Shown here: one piece after another, positions 36,222-46,667 of the stretch
Numbering within the stretch: the first letter of the stretch is position 1
How the letters are laid out: each line of letters begins with the position of its first letter
Assembly: GCA_965217585.1 (NCBI GenBank)
Contig: OZ244561.1
Location: forward strand, 1,952,001-2,016,000
Direction of reading: 5' to 3'
DNA: 64,000 nucleotides
Origin: Candidatus Latescibacterota bacterium
GTDB lineage: Bacteria > Latescibacterota > UBA2968 > UBA8231
Made by a program: the position numbers and the translations under genes
The notes under the pieces: generated by a model
The model's input: the letters and a program-made list of their open reading frames with translations, nothing else
Told to the model about the DNA's origin: nothing
Database searches by the model: none

Positions 36222-37436
36222 ATGCGCCTCAACCGGGATCAATTCTTAGAAGAAGGCTATGTAATCCTGCGCCACTGCATCCCGCCAGAGATGCTGGATG
36301 CAGTGCGTACGGCCTGCGAAAAAATGGTCGATCGTCAGCGGGCAATCTGGGCCCGTGAGCGAGCACCAGACGCCCCGGTCGGCGGCGTCTGGGAAACGGC
36401 CGCCCAACCTCGGCTGCACCTACAAACCATGAAGGACCAAATCGATGCGGAAACCGCTCTGTCGGTGGAAATCTGGCTCCACGAAAACTTGCAGGGAGTT
36501 AGCAGCGAGTTGCTGGGGTTAGAGGACGCGGCGGTCACCGAGATGATGATGATGTGCAGCCCGGTGCGCGACCACGGCCCGGCCAAGTGGCACCGCGACT
36601 TCTATCCGCCTTATTGTGCTCCGCTCCAGAGCTACGCCGACGACATCCTCGAAAACGGCCCGCGCTATGTGCAGTGGAATATCCCGCTCTACGACGACAA
36701 CGTGCTGTGGGTCGTGCCCAAAAGCCACATCCGCCGCAATACCGAAGAAGAAAATAGCCAGCTCACCAAAGATAACCGCGCCCCACTCGCCAGCGGAGTG
36801 CAAACCCACCTCAATGCCGGCGACGGCGTGGCCTACATCCTGCCAATCCTACACTGGGGCAGCAACTACAGCACCAAGCTGCGCCGCACCATCCACGGCG
36901 GCTTTTCCGACTTCAGCCACTACCCGGACCTTAGCTACCTCAAACACCTCTCGGCGACAGCTCAAAACACCTTCACCCGCTGGGACCAACACAGCCAAAA
37001 GAAATTGGGCCAAACCGAGGCCACGCTCCGTGCGGCCTTGCAAAAGGACGGCGCAGCCTACCGCGCCGCGCTCAACGCCCTGCATCCAGGCCGCGGCCCC
37101 AAGGGCCGGTTGCACTCGACGCTGTTTTTGAGCAAGGCCGCACGCCGCATCCACCACCTCAAACGCCCCGATTTTGCCGCACTCCCTGACCAAGACCAAC
37201 GCTACGCCACCAGCATGCACCCGATGACCTTGCAGTGGGGGCAATCTATCGCCGACCGCTTTTCAGCAGCGGAAGCCGCCGCGCTGTGGGCACGCTTCGA
37301 GCCTTTGGACGACGCGCTACAAGCCCCAGAACTGCGAAAGGCCCCCGGTTTCCAAGGTGAGGATACCCATTACTACTTCAACGAAGTACCCGCCGACCTC
37401 AGCGTCGAACGCTTTATCGCCGGTTGGGGTGCTTAA
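36222..37436 (+). CDS. PhyH family dioxygenase with C-terminal extension
   Basis: QFLEEGYVILR, WHRD, VVPKSH and AGDGVAY...LHWG. Confidence 0.82.
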   Translation: MRLNRDQFLEEGYVILRHCIPPEMLDAVRTACEKMVDRQRAIWARERAPDAPVGGVWETAAQPRLHLQTMKDQIDAETALSVEIWLHENLQGVSSELLGLEDAAVTEMMMMCSPVRDHGPAKWHRDFYPPYCAPLQSYADDILENGPRYVQWNIPLYDDNVLWVVPKSHIRRNTEEENSQLTKDNRAPLASGVQTHLNAGDGVAYILPILHWGSNYSTKLRRTIHGGFSDFSHYPDLSYLKHLSATAQNTFTRWDQHSQKKLGQTEATLRAALQKDGAAYRAALNALHPGRGPKGRLHSTLFLSKAARRIHHLKRPDFAALPDQDQRYATSMHPMTLQWGQSIADRFSAAEAAALWARFEPLDDALQAPELRKAPGFQGEDTHYYFNEVPADLSVERFIAGWGA

Positions 37437-37459
37437 GTTCAGTTTGGGTGTCTCGCCGA

Positions 37460-37855
37460 CTAGCGACCACCCCTCCCCCTACCACCCCCACTGCGCCCGC
37501 CACCTTGGTTGCGCAATGACTCAAAAAGGCTCATCTGTTCCTGGGTCATGATATTCTGCACGGAAGTATCGAGCATCGCTTGGATCTTGCCCATCGCCTC
37601 GCCCATCGCCGCGCGATCGCCTGCGCTCATTCCTTTCATCAGTTCACTGCGCTGATCCCAGGCGTCTTGGTAGGCCAGTTGCAAGGCCCGCAAATTATCC
37701 CCCCTGACCTTGACCGCAAAACAGATCAACGCCCAGTCCCTTTCGATCGTCAGCGAGGAACCGCCGCCACCGCTACCGCGCCTGCCGGGTTGGGCTTGGG
37801 TATAGGCGGCAAAGGATAATGCGACCAACACTAAAACTATCGCGATCTTTTTCAC
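37460..37855 (-). CDS. Small secreted hypothetical protein with Gly/Arg-rich tail
   Basis: AAGGAGG followed by GTG start; signal peptide KKIAIVLVLVALSFAAYTQA. Confidence 0.7.
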   Translation of the reverse strand: MKKIAIVLVLVALSFAAYTQAQPGRRGSGGGGSSLTIERDWALICFAVKVRGDNLRALQLAYQDAWDQRSELMKGMSAGDRAAMGEAMGKIQAMLDTSVQNIMTQEQMSLFESLRNQGGGRSGGGRGRGGR

Positions 37856-37912
37856 GATATCCTCCTTGGAATAGATTGACAAAAAAGACTATAACCAATC
37901 GACCTCAAAAAA

Positions 37913-37992
37913 GATACCTATTACTACTTCAACGAAGTGCCGGCCGACCTCAGCGTCGAACGCTTTATCTCCGGTTGGGGTGCTTAAGTTCA
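37913..37992 (+). repeat. 80-bp direct duplicate of the 3' end of the PhyH gene (37362-37441)
   Basis: 76 of 80 bases identical, including the stop codon. Confidence 0.93.
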
Positions 37993-38628
37993 AAAAGCGT
38001 AGCTCAGCGAGAGGCTTGGCGTCCCCGTCCGCGCTCCCGCTTGCAGCTTGAGCCGCTTGCCGTACTTAAACCGCACCCGATCGCGCTTGGTCTCAATCAC
38101 TTGGATACCGTGCAAGAAGTCGTAGATCATACTGCCGGCGATGGTAACCACTCCCAACGCAACCAGCGGTCCGCCCACCCCGCCATCGCGCTGGAGTTCG
38201 CGCAGGCGGTACTTGGGCGTCTCGCCTTCTAGCGAAACGGGAATCTTCTCGTAGCGGCGCTCTTTGTCTTTCCCAGCATTGATTGCCAAGACGTCAAAAT
38301 CCGTCTCCGCGAATTCGCCCTCTTCCCAGAGTGCCGCCCCAGCGATAATCGAAGCGACGCCCGCAAGACCCGTGGCCAAAAGCCACTTCCCCGTCGTAGG
38401 TTCCCCTGCGTAAAAGTGCATCATGCCCGGCACCGGAATCGCGCTCCGCATCAATCCTGTGGAGATGCGGCGGTTCATATCCTGGTACTCCTCGTAGGTC
38501 ATGTCCTGCGGTATGGGTAGTAGCGGTGTCTCATTCAGCACATCGCCCGTTCCCTGGGCCACAGCCGACGACGGCAAGACGAGTGCCAATGCAAGCCCCA
38601 CTATCCATCCTAGCGTGGATTTTCTCAT
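37990..38628 (-). CDS. Hypothetical exported/membrane protein
   Basis: AGGAGG RBS, signal peptide and two hydrophobic segments. Confidence 0.7.
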   Translation of the reverse strand: MRKSTLGWIVGLALALVLPSSAVAQGTGDVLNETPLLPIPQDMTYEEYQDMNRRISTGLMRSAIPVPGMMHFYAGEPTTGKWLLATGLAGVASIIAGAALWEEGEFAETDFDVLAINAGKDKERRYEKIPVSLEGETPKYRLRELQRDGGVGGPLVALGVVTIAGSMIYDFLHGIQVIETKRDRVRFKYGKRLKLQAGARTGTPSLSLSYAF

Positions 38629-39046
38629 GGTTTAATCCTCCTATTGTTAGGTTGGCGATTTAAGCGCGAAAAAGGACGACCAAGTCGTCCAGCCAATGAT
38701 CAGTTGTGACTTATAACACCTGAGCACGGCAAGGATGTCACCGCTATCGTCTACCTCAATCAACTCTACGAGCTCGATCTATTGCGGCAGCACTATCGGC
38801 GAGCCCACTAGGAACCGTCCCGCTCCTTGCCCTAGGGCCGGGAGCGGCCTACTTTTCTTGGGTATCCGGCCAGACTCCTCCGCTGCGAAGCCGAGCGGGA
38901 ATTGAACTTTTTTTGACGCATTCGGTCCGATATTTTCTCTGTTGGGACCGACCCCGTTCCACTGCAAATCCGTCAAGTAATATCGCCTTCTTATCTTCCT
39001 AGGCAGGGTGCGTGGCCGCAAGCCATCTTTCACGCGGAGAAATCTC

Positions 39047-39742
39047 ATGAAGATAGCACGTCTGCTAGGGGTGAGTTGGACCTCGCTCGTCCTGCTCGCC
39101 TGTAACGGCCAGGAAGTCAAGACCGGCACCCCGGCCAAAGTGGAGACCGAAGAAGAAAAGGTCCTCTACGCCTTGGGCCTGGTCATAGCGCAAAACACCC
39201 TGGAGCCGTTCAGGGGTCAATTCAGCGACGCGGAAATGGCGGTGGTCATGCAGGGCTTTGCCGACGCCCTCAAGGGCGGCGAGACCATCGTCCCCCTGCA
39301 GGAATTCGGCCCCAAGATCAACCCCATGTTGCAGGAGCGCATGAAAGGAGTTCAAGCCCAAGCCGCGGCAGAGGGCACGGCCTTCAGGGAAAAGGCCGCC
39401 CGAGAAGAAGGTGCCGTGCAGACGGCTTCCGGCCTCATCTTCAAAGAGCTGAGGGCCGGCACCGGAGTCTCGCCCAGAGCCACCGACCGGGTCAAAGTGC
39501 ACTACCACGGCTCGCTGATTGACGGCACTGTCTTCGACAGTTCGGTGGATCGCGGCGAGCCCATCACCTTTGCCCTCGACCAGGTGGTCAAAGGCTGGAC
39601 TGAGGGACTGCAAATGATGAAAGTGGGCGGCAAGGCCAAGCTGACCATCCCGCCCGAGCTGGCCTACGGCCCGGGGGGCCGCGAAGGGATTCCGCCCAAC
39701 GCCACCCTGATTTTTGAAGTCGAACTGCTGGGCATTGAGTGA
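39047..39742 (+). CDS. FKBP-type peptidyl-prolyl isomerase (FkpA/FklB-like lipoprotein)
   Basis: [27 protein letters not shown] and [14 protein letters not shown]; LLAC lipobox. Confidence 0.95.
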   Translation: MKIARLLGVSWTSLVLLACNGQEVKTGTPAKVETEEEKVLYALGLVIAQNTLEPFRGQFSDAEMAVVMQGFADALKGGETIVPLQEFGPKINPMLQERMKGVQAQAAAEGTAFREKAAREEGAVQTASGLIFKELRAGTGVSPRATDRVKVHYHGSLIDGTVFDSSVDRGEPITFALDQVVKGWTEGLQMMKVGGKAKLTIPPELAYGPGGREGIPPNATLIFEVELLGIE

Positions 39743-39791
39743 GGTAGGTCCGAAGGTGCCTGTGCGTGACGGAGCGGGTGCCCTGCCTTGT

Positions 39792-40808
39792 TCATGTCTC
39801 CCACTCCGCATAAATATCCGCAATCACCTCGTCGATCGGTGCCCGGTGGGTCTCCGCGTCGAGCACCGAGGCCTGCGCCGAGGCTTCGGCGAGCAGGACT
39901 GGCAATTTAACCTGTTCCGCGTCAAAGACGTACTCGTGCCAGCCGGCCTCCGTTTGCAGGAGTTCGGCGCGGCTCAGGTTAGGTACCTCCTCCCCACTCG
40001 TCTGCAAGCGCAACCGCCGTCTGTCCCCGAAGTGATTGCGCAGCTCGTCAAAGGGTCCGTCAAAGGCGATTCGTCCGCGGTCTATCATCACAATCCGACC
40101 GGCCAACTGTTCTAACTCGTCCATGTCGTGGCTGGTGATCATCACCGTTACCCCCTTCTCGCGGTTCAGATCCTTGATAAAGTCGAGGATATTGCGCCTG
40201 GCCAGCACATCGACGCCGATCGTCGGCTCGTCCAAGAACAGAATCTCCGGCTCGTGCATGAGCATCAGCCCAAGGTCTGCCCGCATCTTCTGTCCTAGGC
40301 TCAACTGCCGCGCCAGACTATCCATGAACTCGTCGAGGCCCAGCAGTTCGCGCACAAAGTCGAGCATCCGCTCGTAGCGCTGCTGCGGAATATCCCACAC
40401 GACCCGTTTCCATTCGAAACTCGCCGACACTGGCTGGTCCCACCACAGTTCGGTGCGCTGGCCAAAGACCACACCAATGCGGTTGACATAGGCCACCCGG
40501 TCCCGCATCGGGTCCATCCCTAGAGCCCGCACGCTCCCCGACGTCGGTGCTAGCACGCTTGACAGCAGCTTGACCGTCGTCGACTTGCCCGCGCCATTGG
40601 GGCCAGCGTAGGCGACGATCTCGCCCCGGCGCACAACAAGGTCCACATCCTGCAGAGCGCGAATCTCGCGCACCCGGGGCCGAAAGAGATTTTTGAAGAC
40701 ATCGCGCACATGGGCCGAGCGCTGGCGCTGGTAGAAGGTCTTGTTGACCCCCTGCAACTCAACTGCGATGTCCCCAGCGCAGGTAGCGCTGCGATCCAGT
40801 GTGTCCAT
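39792..40808 (-). CDS. ABC transporter ATP-binding protein
   Basis: GPNGAGKST, LSLGQ, FLDEPT and TSHD. Confidence 0.95.
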   Translation of the reverse strand: MDTLDRSATCAGDIAVELQGVNKTFYQRQRSAHVRDVFKNLFRPRVREIRALQDVDLVVRRGEIVAYAGPNGAGKSTTVKLLSSVLAPTSGSVRALGMDPMRDRVAYVNRIGVVFGQRTELWWDQPVSASFEWKRVVWDIPQQRYERMLDFVRELLGLDEFMDSLARQLSLGQKMRADLGLMLMHEPEILFLDEPTIGVDVLARRNILDFIKDLNREKGVTVMITSHDMDELEQLAGRIVMIDRGRIAFDGPFDELRNHFGDRRRLRLQTSGEEVPNLSRAELLQTEAGWHEYVFDAEQVKLPVLLAEASAQASVLDAETHRAPIDEVIADIYAEWET

Positions 40809-41610
40809 AGTGATTCATTCCTTTCTTGATAGCTATCAGCGCCACAAGGCTCAGGGCGCAGGCGAATAGCGGCGTAGTCCACAGCGATCCAGCACCTTGG
40901 TCAACTCCGAGCAATACCCGACAGGGATACCAAGCGACAAAACCCACCGGCAGCACGCTCAACAGGCCGTTGACCAAGAGCGGATGCAGCCCATCGAGGG
41001 GGAACGACTTCAACTGCCAAGCAAAACCGATCGCGCGGGAGCTTATTTCCTCGGCACCTACCGGCGACCAGAACGCCATCGCGCTCCACAAATAGGAAAA
41101 GGCCAAGACCACCACACAGGAAGACAGCAGGTGGACTCCATAGCACAGCCACCAGCCGAGTTCCAAGGCCATATCCAGCCGCCCCAAAGACCAAGCACTG
41201 ATCCCCAACCCGACGATGAATCCCCAGCAGCCAGAGAAGGGTATAAAGCCTTCCGTGAGCAGGGCCATCCACAAAGGCTGCGGCTGCACCAGGGTGTGGT
41301 CGAGCTGGCCGCGGCCAATGCGGCGGCTGATGGCCAGCACGTTGTAGCGGAAGAACATTTCGAGCAGTCCTTGTACCAAGGCGGCGTAGCCGAGCATGAA
41401 GAGAATCTGGTCCCGACTCCACGCCCCGATCCCAGCGAAGCGCTCGGCCAAGAAGAACACCGCCATCACCCCCGAGAGGCTGAGGACTAAATCAGAGACC
41501 ACGTTGATGAGGAAAAACTTGAAATCCCGGGTCATCCACATGAAGTCGAGATACGCCTGCACTCGCCAGCGCCTGATAACCTGGACTACGGGGTTGCGGT
41601 TAGCCGCCAT
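40759..41610 (-). CDS. ABC-2 family permease (DUF990-like)
   Basis: Multiple TM helices, IGRGQLDHTLVQP; operon context. Confidence 0.85.
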   Translation of the reverse strand: MAANRNPVVQVIRRWRVQAYLDFMWMTRDFKFFLINVVSDLVLSLSGVMAVFFLAERFAGIGAWSRDQILFMLGYAALVQGLLEMFFRYNVLAISRRIGRGQLDHTLVQPQPLWMALLTEGFIPFSGCWGFIVGLGISAWSLGRLDMALELGWWLCYGVHLLSSCVVVLAFSYLWSAMAFWSPVGAEEISSRAIGFAWQLKSFPLDGLHPLLVNGLLSVLPVGFVAWYPCRVLLGVDQGAGSLWTTPLFACALSLVALIAIKKGMNHYGHTGSQRYLRWGHRS

Positions 41611-42394
41611 GGGACACCAGCCTCTCGCGATTGTGGCGCCAGAGCGCGTGCGCACCCGCCCACAGCACTACAGCCCAAGTTATCTGCACAGGGATGAGGT
41701 CGTGTGGATTGCCCGTGCCGGTGTAGATTCGCAGCGGTGCCGACGCCAGCGAGGCGAAGGGCAGCCACTCGAGATAGTCCCCCAGACCCCAGGGCAAGAG
41801 CGCCAGCGGCACCAGCCGACCCGACAACAGCACCGTCAATGTGGTGCGGATCCGTTGCAGCGCGTACACGCTGTGCTCCAAGAAGACCATGCACGCGGCA
41901 AAGAACAGATCCAAGGCCGTGCCCACCGCCACGCCCAGCGCCAAACTGAGTAGGAACCACAGCCCGGCCGTCCATGTCGCCGGGGCGGAGTCAACTCCCA
42001 GTAGCGGCGCAATGAGCAACAGCGGCAGCGAAAATAACAGCAGGCCGGGGATCCAGCCGCCGACCATTTCGGCCAGCATCTGCCCGTAGACCCCCATCGG
42101 CCGCAAGAAGCGGTTGGCTATATTTCCGCTCCACAGATCGTTGTCAATCTGGGTGCGGCCCGATAGCTGGTCGGCAAAAATTGCGGCGACTATGGTATAG
42201 GTCAGCACCGCCTCCAGGCTCATCCCCGCAACGACGCCTTGGCCTGCCATTATTGTGCGCCAGAGCGAGAGCAAGATCGCCACGTGGAATAGCCGCAGCG
42301 CGAAATCGCCAATCAGGCCCCAAGGCGTGTCATTGAGCGACTGTGTCGCGACGATGGCGATGGTTTTCCCGTATTTGTGCAACAGTGATATCAT
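41600..42394 (-). CDS. ABC-2 family permease
   Basis: SGNIANRFLRP, LSGRLVPL and LPF motifs; hydrophobic. Confidence 0.85.
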   Translation of the reverse strand: MISLLHKYGKTIAIVATQSLNDTPWGLIGDFALRLFHVAILLSLWRTIMAGQGVVAGMSLEAVLTYTIVAAIFADQLSGRTQIDNDLWSGNIANRFLRPMGVYGQMLAEMVGGWIPGLLLFSLPLLLIAPLLGVDSAPATWTAGLWFLLSLALGVAVGTALDLFFAACMVFLEHSVYALQRIRTTLTVLLSGRLVPLALLPWGLGDYLEWLPFASLASAPLRIYTGTGNPHDLIPVQITWAVVLWAGAHALWRHNRERLVSHGG

Positions 42395-42462
42395 CGGTTA
42401 TCTCAAAAAAAAGACCGCGAACAACAGGCCCGCGGTCTCTAAAAGTCATAAAAAAGCCGGCA

Positions 42463-43437
42463 TCATGTCCCCGAGATGGCGTCGATCATCTCCATCGTCT
42501 TCACCGCGTCGTCCAGACTACAGGCCGGGAACGGAAGTGCGCCTCCATCCTGGACCCATCTCAAGAACGTGCGATCCTGCTGATAAAATCCCGGGTTGTA
42601 GCGGCGATCGATGTCATCCCCTTCGACGTTCTCCGGCTGTCCGCCCCTGCGTCTCAAGGTTGCGGCTGGCCCAAGAGCGGACGTGAAGGTAACCCCATTG
42701 CCGCGCACTTCTACGCGGTGCCCTCCCGGAGCGAACCAGTCCATAGAGGCACGCCCGACAGCCCCGCCGGCGAAGGTCAACAGCGCCGAACAGCAGTCCG
42801 GCATGGGACCTTCCACAGTATGGTGCATCGGCTGGACGCTCACCACGTCACCGCCGAAGAATCGCAGCAGGTCCAGGGCGTGGATGCCGTTTGCCACGCT
42901 CCAGCGTTTCAGGACCTCTTGCGGAAATTTCGGGTTTTCCCGGACCCGCTGGATATCTTCGTGGGCGTCCACGGTGACGCTTTGTACCGGCCCGGATTCG
43001 AGGATCAGCTCCCTGCCCTTGAGAAGCGTGGAATAGAACCGCCGGTTCACGCCCACCATCGCAGGTGTACCCACCGCTCGCGCCAAATCGGCCAGCGCAC
43101 GGGTCTGGGACGTATAGAGGCCAGGAGGCTTTTCCAGAAAGGTCGGGATACCGGACCGAATGAAGTCTGCGGCAACTGCGGCGACCTGGAGGACACTCAC
43201 GAGAACGAAAACGGCGTCGGGCCGATTCCCTTCCAGCAGGCTCTCGTGCGAATTCAGGCGATTCGACACGCCGAACCGCGCTCCTGTCTCTTCCAGAACG
43301 CGAGGGTTGCTGTCCACAAGCGTCGTCACACACCCCTCGCGAAGGTCGGTGAGCACTTTTAGGTGCCTCTGGGCTATGTTTCCGGCTCCGACTACCGCAA
43401 TGTTCAGCATTTCGTCCTGTTCCATGTAGCCTTGCAC
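42463..43437 (-). CDS. Gfo/Idh/MocA oxidoreductase
   Basis: IAVVGAGNIA, FLEKPP, GVNRRF and GIHALD. Confidence 0.92.
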   Translation of the reverse strand: MQGYMEQDEMLNIAVVGAGNIAQRHLKVLTDLREGCVTTLVDSNPRVLEETGARFGVSNRLNSHESLLEGNRPDAVFVLVSVLQVAAVAADFIRSGIPTFLEKPPGLYTSQTRALADLARAVGTPAMVGVNRRFYSTLLKGRELILESGPVQSVTVDAHEDIQRVRENPKFPQEVLKRWSVANGIHALDLLRFFGGDVVSVQPMHHTVEGPMPDCCSALLTFAGGAVGRASMDWFAPGGHRVEVRGNGVTFTSALGPAATLRRRGGQPENVEGDDIDRRYNPGFYQQDRTFLRWVQDGGALPFPACSLDDAVKTMEMIDAISGT

Positions 43438-43468
43438 GCCTTGAAGTAACGAATCTGTGCCTTTGGGC

Positions 43469-44914
43469 TCAGATCCCTCGTTTCGAGCCCGTCGGCAAGG
43501 GGTGGTACTTCACCTCGACTTCCACGTCTGTGACCTTCAGCGGACTCACCAAATCGTCCGGTCGCTCCACCAGCGCAATCTCCAAGCGGTTCGCCCCCTG
43601 CTGTGGCCGCACCCGCTGCAAGTCGAAAATCAGCCATATGCCCTGATACGGGACGACCTTATAGCCGTACTCGCGGCGGCAGATCTCCCCTTGCAGCGAC
43701 TGGCCGTTGAGCGCGATTTCCAAGCGGTCGTCCGAGACCAGATCGACGATCCTGATCCGCAAGAGCACCTGACTGACGCGGCCTTCTTGCGCGTCGTCGG
43801 CCAAGTAAAAGGGAATGGTATGCTGTGCACGGTCGTCGACCGCGATCTCCACCGGCAGCGCCACCGAATACTGATTTTCCGTATCCGCTGACCGCCGCGC
43901 CAGCACGTAGTGCTTGTCCTTCTCCTGCATCAGATCCCGACTGCCCAGTTCGCTCAGCGCGCTGCGCTCCTGGTCTCCTAAGGGCCAGGGCATAAACCAC
44001 GCGTACAGCCCGTCACAGCCCCGGTCTAACAGACTCGTCGCCGCCGCCCGCAGCTGGGCAGGAGAAGGACAAACCCGCTCGGCCCCAACCGACTCATCAG
44101 ATACATAGGGCTGCAAGGTGCCATAGACCGCTGCATCGGCCGCGTGCGCGGCTTCGACCAACCAATCTATCGGCATGTCCCCATCGAGGATCATATAGCC
44201 GTAGCGGATCGGCACCAAGAAATCCACCAACCCGCGCTCTAGCCAAGTCCGCACGTCCAAGCCCTGCGCCAGGTTCATTTCCTCGGTGGGCAAAACCCGC
44301 GCTCCGATCGCGCCCGACCGCTGCCCGCGCACTCGCTCGGCGAGCTGCTCTACGTAATCGGTCAAAATGGGCGTCGTCGCCTTCACATCCTCTTCCCGCA
44401 AAATGCGCGGGCCCCCACCCGGCAGGGCAAAGTCCAGCTCAACGCCATCGGTTTCGTACTCGGTCGCCAGCTCCTCGACGACTTGCAATATGTGCGCCCG
44501 CACCTCCGCGTGCGCCAGCCCGCCACCGCCGTCGGCCAGCTTGTGGGCCGGATCCATATTCCCGTAGGCGGCCATCCGCAAGCTGGCCCAGAAGTCCATG
44601 TTGTGGTCGTGTGCCCGGTCGATGAGCACCGTCAGCGGGTCGAGCCCGCGCTCGATCAGGCTCTGCATGTTGTGCCAAGTGCGCCAATAGGCGGCCTGCT
44701 CAAAGGGCTGAATATCCGCTCCGAACATCATCCCCACCCGCGATGGATAAAAAAGCCCGTCGCCGCGTTCGACTCCGTAGGCAAAAGTATCCACCCCCGT
44801 GCCTGAGACCTCGTCTATGGGTACCCAAGCGTCTTCGAGCGCCATCGGCGGCTCAAAGGCAAAAAGATAGTAGTGCCGGGCGTCGTTAAAGTAGATGGTA
44901 CGCTGCTGTCGCAT
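43469..44914 (-). CDS. Putative glycoside hydrolase-like TIM-barrel protein (GHL10/DUF187-like)
   Basis: IYFNDARH, YPSRVG, WASLRM, YETDGVELDF and GLDVRTW. Confidence 0.6.
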   Translation of the reverse strand: MRQQRTIYFNDARHYYLFAFEPPMALEDAWVPIDEVSGTGVDTFAYGVERGDGLFYPSRVGMMFGADIQPFEQAAYWRTWHNMQSLIERGLDPLTVLIDRAHDHNMDFWASLRMAAYGNMDPAHKLADGGGGLAHAEVRAHILQVVEELATEYETDGVELDFALPGGGPRILREEDVKATTPILTDYVEQLAERVRGQRSGAIGARVLPTEEMNLAQGLDVRTWLERGLVDFLVPIRYGYMILDGDMPIDWLVEAAHAADAAVYGTLQPYVSDESVGAERVCPSPAQLRAAATSLLDRGCDGLYAWFMPWPLGDQERSALSELGSRDLMQEKDKHYVLARRSADTENQYSVALPVEIAVDDRAQHTIPFYLADDAQEGRVSQVLLRIRIVDLVSDDRLEIALNGQSLQGEICRREYGYKVVPYQGIWLIFDLQRVRPQQGANRLEIALVERPDDLVSPLKVTDVEVEVKYHPLPTGSKRGI

Positions 44915-45217
44915 GGCGTGTCCTCCTCATTTTAAGGGGAATTATATACCTGAGTGCCCAAAAACCCTGTTCGCGGCTAATAAGCATTAATTATCAACTA
45001 TTGACAATTGGAGGGGTAAAAAGAAAACCTTGACGATGTGAAGGGGCTGTACGTTAATGAGAATGCCCCTTGCACTTCCCCAGCGGAGGTGGATCGCCTC
45101 CGTGGTCCACGCGACCGAGAGTACGTGTTCGTCGGAGAACATTATAGACTCCTCTGGAGCTCAATTTGGACGGACTATGCTCGGATTGTCCTGATGAACT
45201 GGGATTGAATTAATCGC

Positions 45218-46033
45218 ATGAAGATCGCTGCCTATCAGGCCCCACTGCTCGAGAATGGCTCAATGGAAGCAATTGAGCTATTGCGGACACAAATAGATGC
45301 ATGTGAAGACAAGGGCGTCGAGATACTGTGCTGTCCAGAGGCGGTTCTTGGCGGTCTAGCAGATTACTCCGACAGGCCGGCCGAACTGGCATTCAATACC
45401 GAAAATGGTCAATTAGAAGAGTTTCTTGCGCCTCTCACCAGCAAAACAGTGAGTACGATTATTGGCTTTACCGAGTCGGCAAACTCAGGACTATACAATA
45501 CAGCTATTATTTTTCACCGCGGTAAGGTATTCGGTCGATATCGAAAGGCATATCCGGCGATTCGCAACTCGATCTATAATGCAGGTGACGAACTGCCAAC
45601 GTTTACGCTCGGATCGTTGACATTTGGCATCATCATCTACAATGACACCAATTATATCGAGCCAGCCCGAGTCATGGCAGCCAAAGGGGCGACTGTTCTT
45701 TTTGTTCCCACGAACAACTGCTTGCCGCTTAACAAGGCCGATGTAGTAACTAGGGCTAGAAGCGCTCAGATCGCACGGGCAGTCGAGAATGGCTTGACCG
45801 TGATAGCGGCTGACGTCGCGGGGCACCAAGACGGATTTGTTTCCTACGGATCGACCAATATCATTGATCCCAATGGAGCGGTGATTGCTTCGTCGAAGCC
45901 GTTTGTTGAGGATTTGCTCATCGCGGACATTGAACCGGGAGCTGACCAAGAAAGGCGCGGATGGGACTCGTCGAAGAATCCAGCGATTGTCAGAGCATTT
46001 CTCGAAGAGTGTTACCCTGAAAGTAGTTTATAA
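45218..46033 (+). CDS. Carbon-nitrogen hydrolase (nitrilase) family protein; catalytic Cys replaced by Tyr
   Basis: CCPE, YNT and YRK present; GIIIYND where GIxICxD is expected. Confidence 0.85.
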   Translation: MKIAAYQAPLLENGSMEAIELLRTQIDACEDKGVEILCCPEAVLGGLADYSDRPAELAFNTENGQLEEFLAPLTSKTVSTIIGFTESANSGLYNTAIIFHRGKVFGRYRKAYPAIRNSIYNAGDELPTFTLGSLTFGIIIYNDTNYIEPARVMAAKGATVLFVPTNNCLPLNKADVVTRARSAQIARAVENGLTVIAADVAGHQDGFVSYGSTNIIDPNGAVIASSKPFVEDLLIADIEPGADQERRGWDSSKNPAIVRAFLEECYPESSL

Positions 46034-46104
46034 GATCTGGATGCCTTCGACTGAATGCGATAAGGATTAGACTTCAACGAAGCCAAGGACTAAAGAAAGA
46101 GTAT

Positions 46105-46521
46105 ATGAGCGGAAAATTCTACATAGCTGCACCCTACAATACCCGCGAGGGGAGTCTGCACAAGGTACGCGAAATTGAAAGACTGAGCGGCTGGACTTGT
46201 AATGCACGTTGGGTCCTTGGTCTGAACGATGGTAAAGAGCCAGACCTATGTGCTCGCGATGACTACAATGACTTAAGAGACGCAGATGCTTTGGTCCTAT
46301 TGAACGGAGTATCGTCAACGGGCGGTATGTGGGTTGAGTTGGGCATGGCGATCGCACTCGGCAAGAAAATCATTTTTGTCAGAGAGAACGCGAACCTTCT
46401 GACTAAGCCACCGGTGTTCTGCTCTCTGCCAGAAGTGATATGGGTTAGAAATCACCAGACTGCCGCTGGGCATCTACGGCGACGCGCCTTTCGCGACGCT
46501 GAGCTTGGAGGGCCTGCTTAA
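46105..46521 (+). CDS. Nucleoside 2-deoxyribosyltransferase-like protein
   Basis: FYIAAPY, DYNDLRDADAL and STGGMWVELGMAIALGK. Confidence 0.8.
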   Translation: MSGKFYIAAPYNTREGSLHKVREIERLSGWTCNARWVLGLNDGKEPDLCARDDYNDLRDADALVLLNGVSSTGGMWVELGMAIALGKKIIFVRENANLLTKPPVFCSLPEVIWVRNHQTAAGHLRRRAFRDAELGGPA

Positions 46522-46667
46522 TTCCGGGTTCGGTCTCACAAGGGGCTCAAAGGGCCTAAGAACGGGGGCGTCTCTCCTCGGAAATTACCCGAACCAATTG
46601 TTCGGGGTACAAGCAGTTGTGCGCCATGCCAAATTATGACGACATATTCTGAAATAGAGGAAGTACT

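Noticed and set aside
38630-39046. Possible riboswitch or ncRNA upstream of the FKBP gene
   Set aside because: Only short local hairpins; no recognisable family consensus
42343-43362. Long plus-strand ORF 42343-43362 (likewise 39065-39823 minus and 53496-54566 plus)
   Set aside because: Antisense to motif-supported genes; typical GC-rich shadow ORFs
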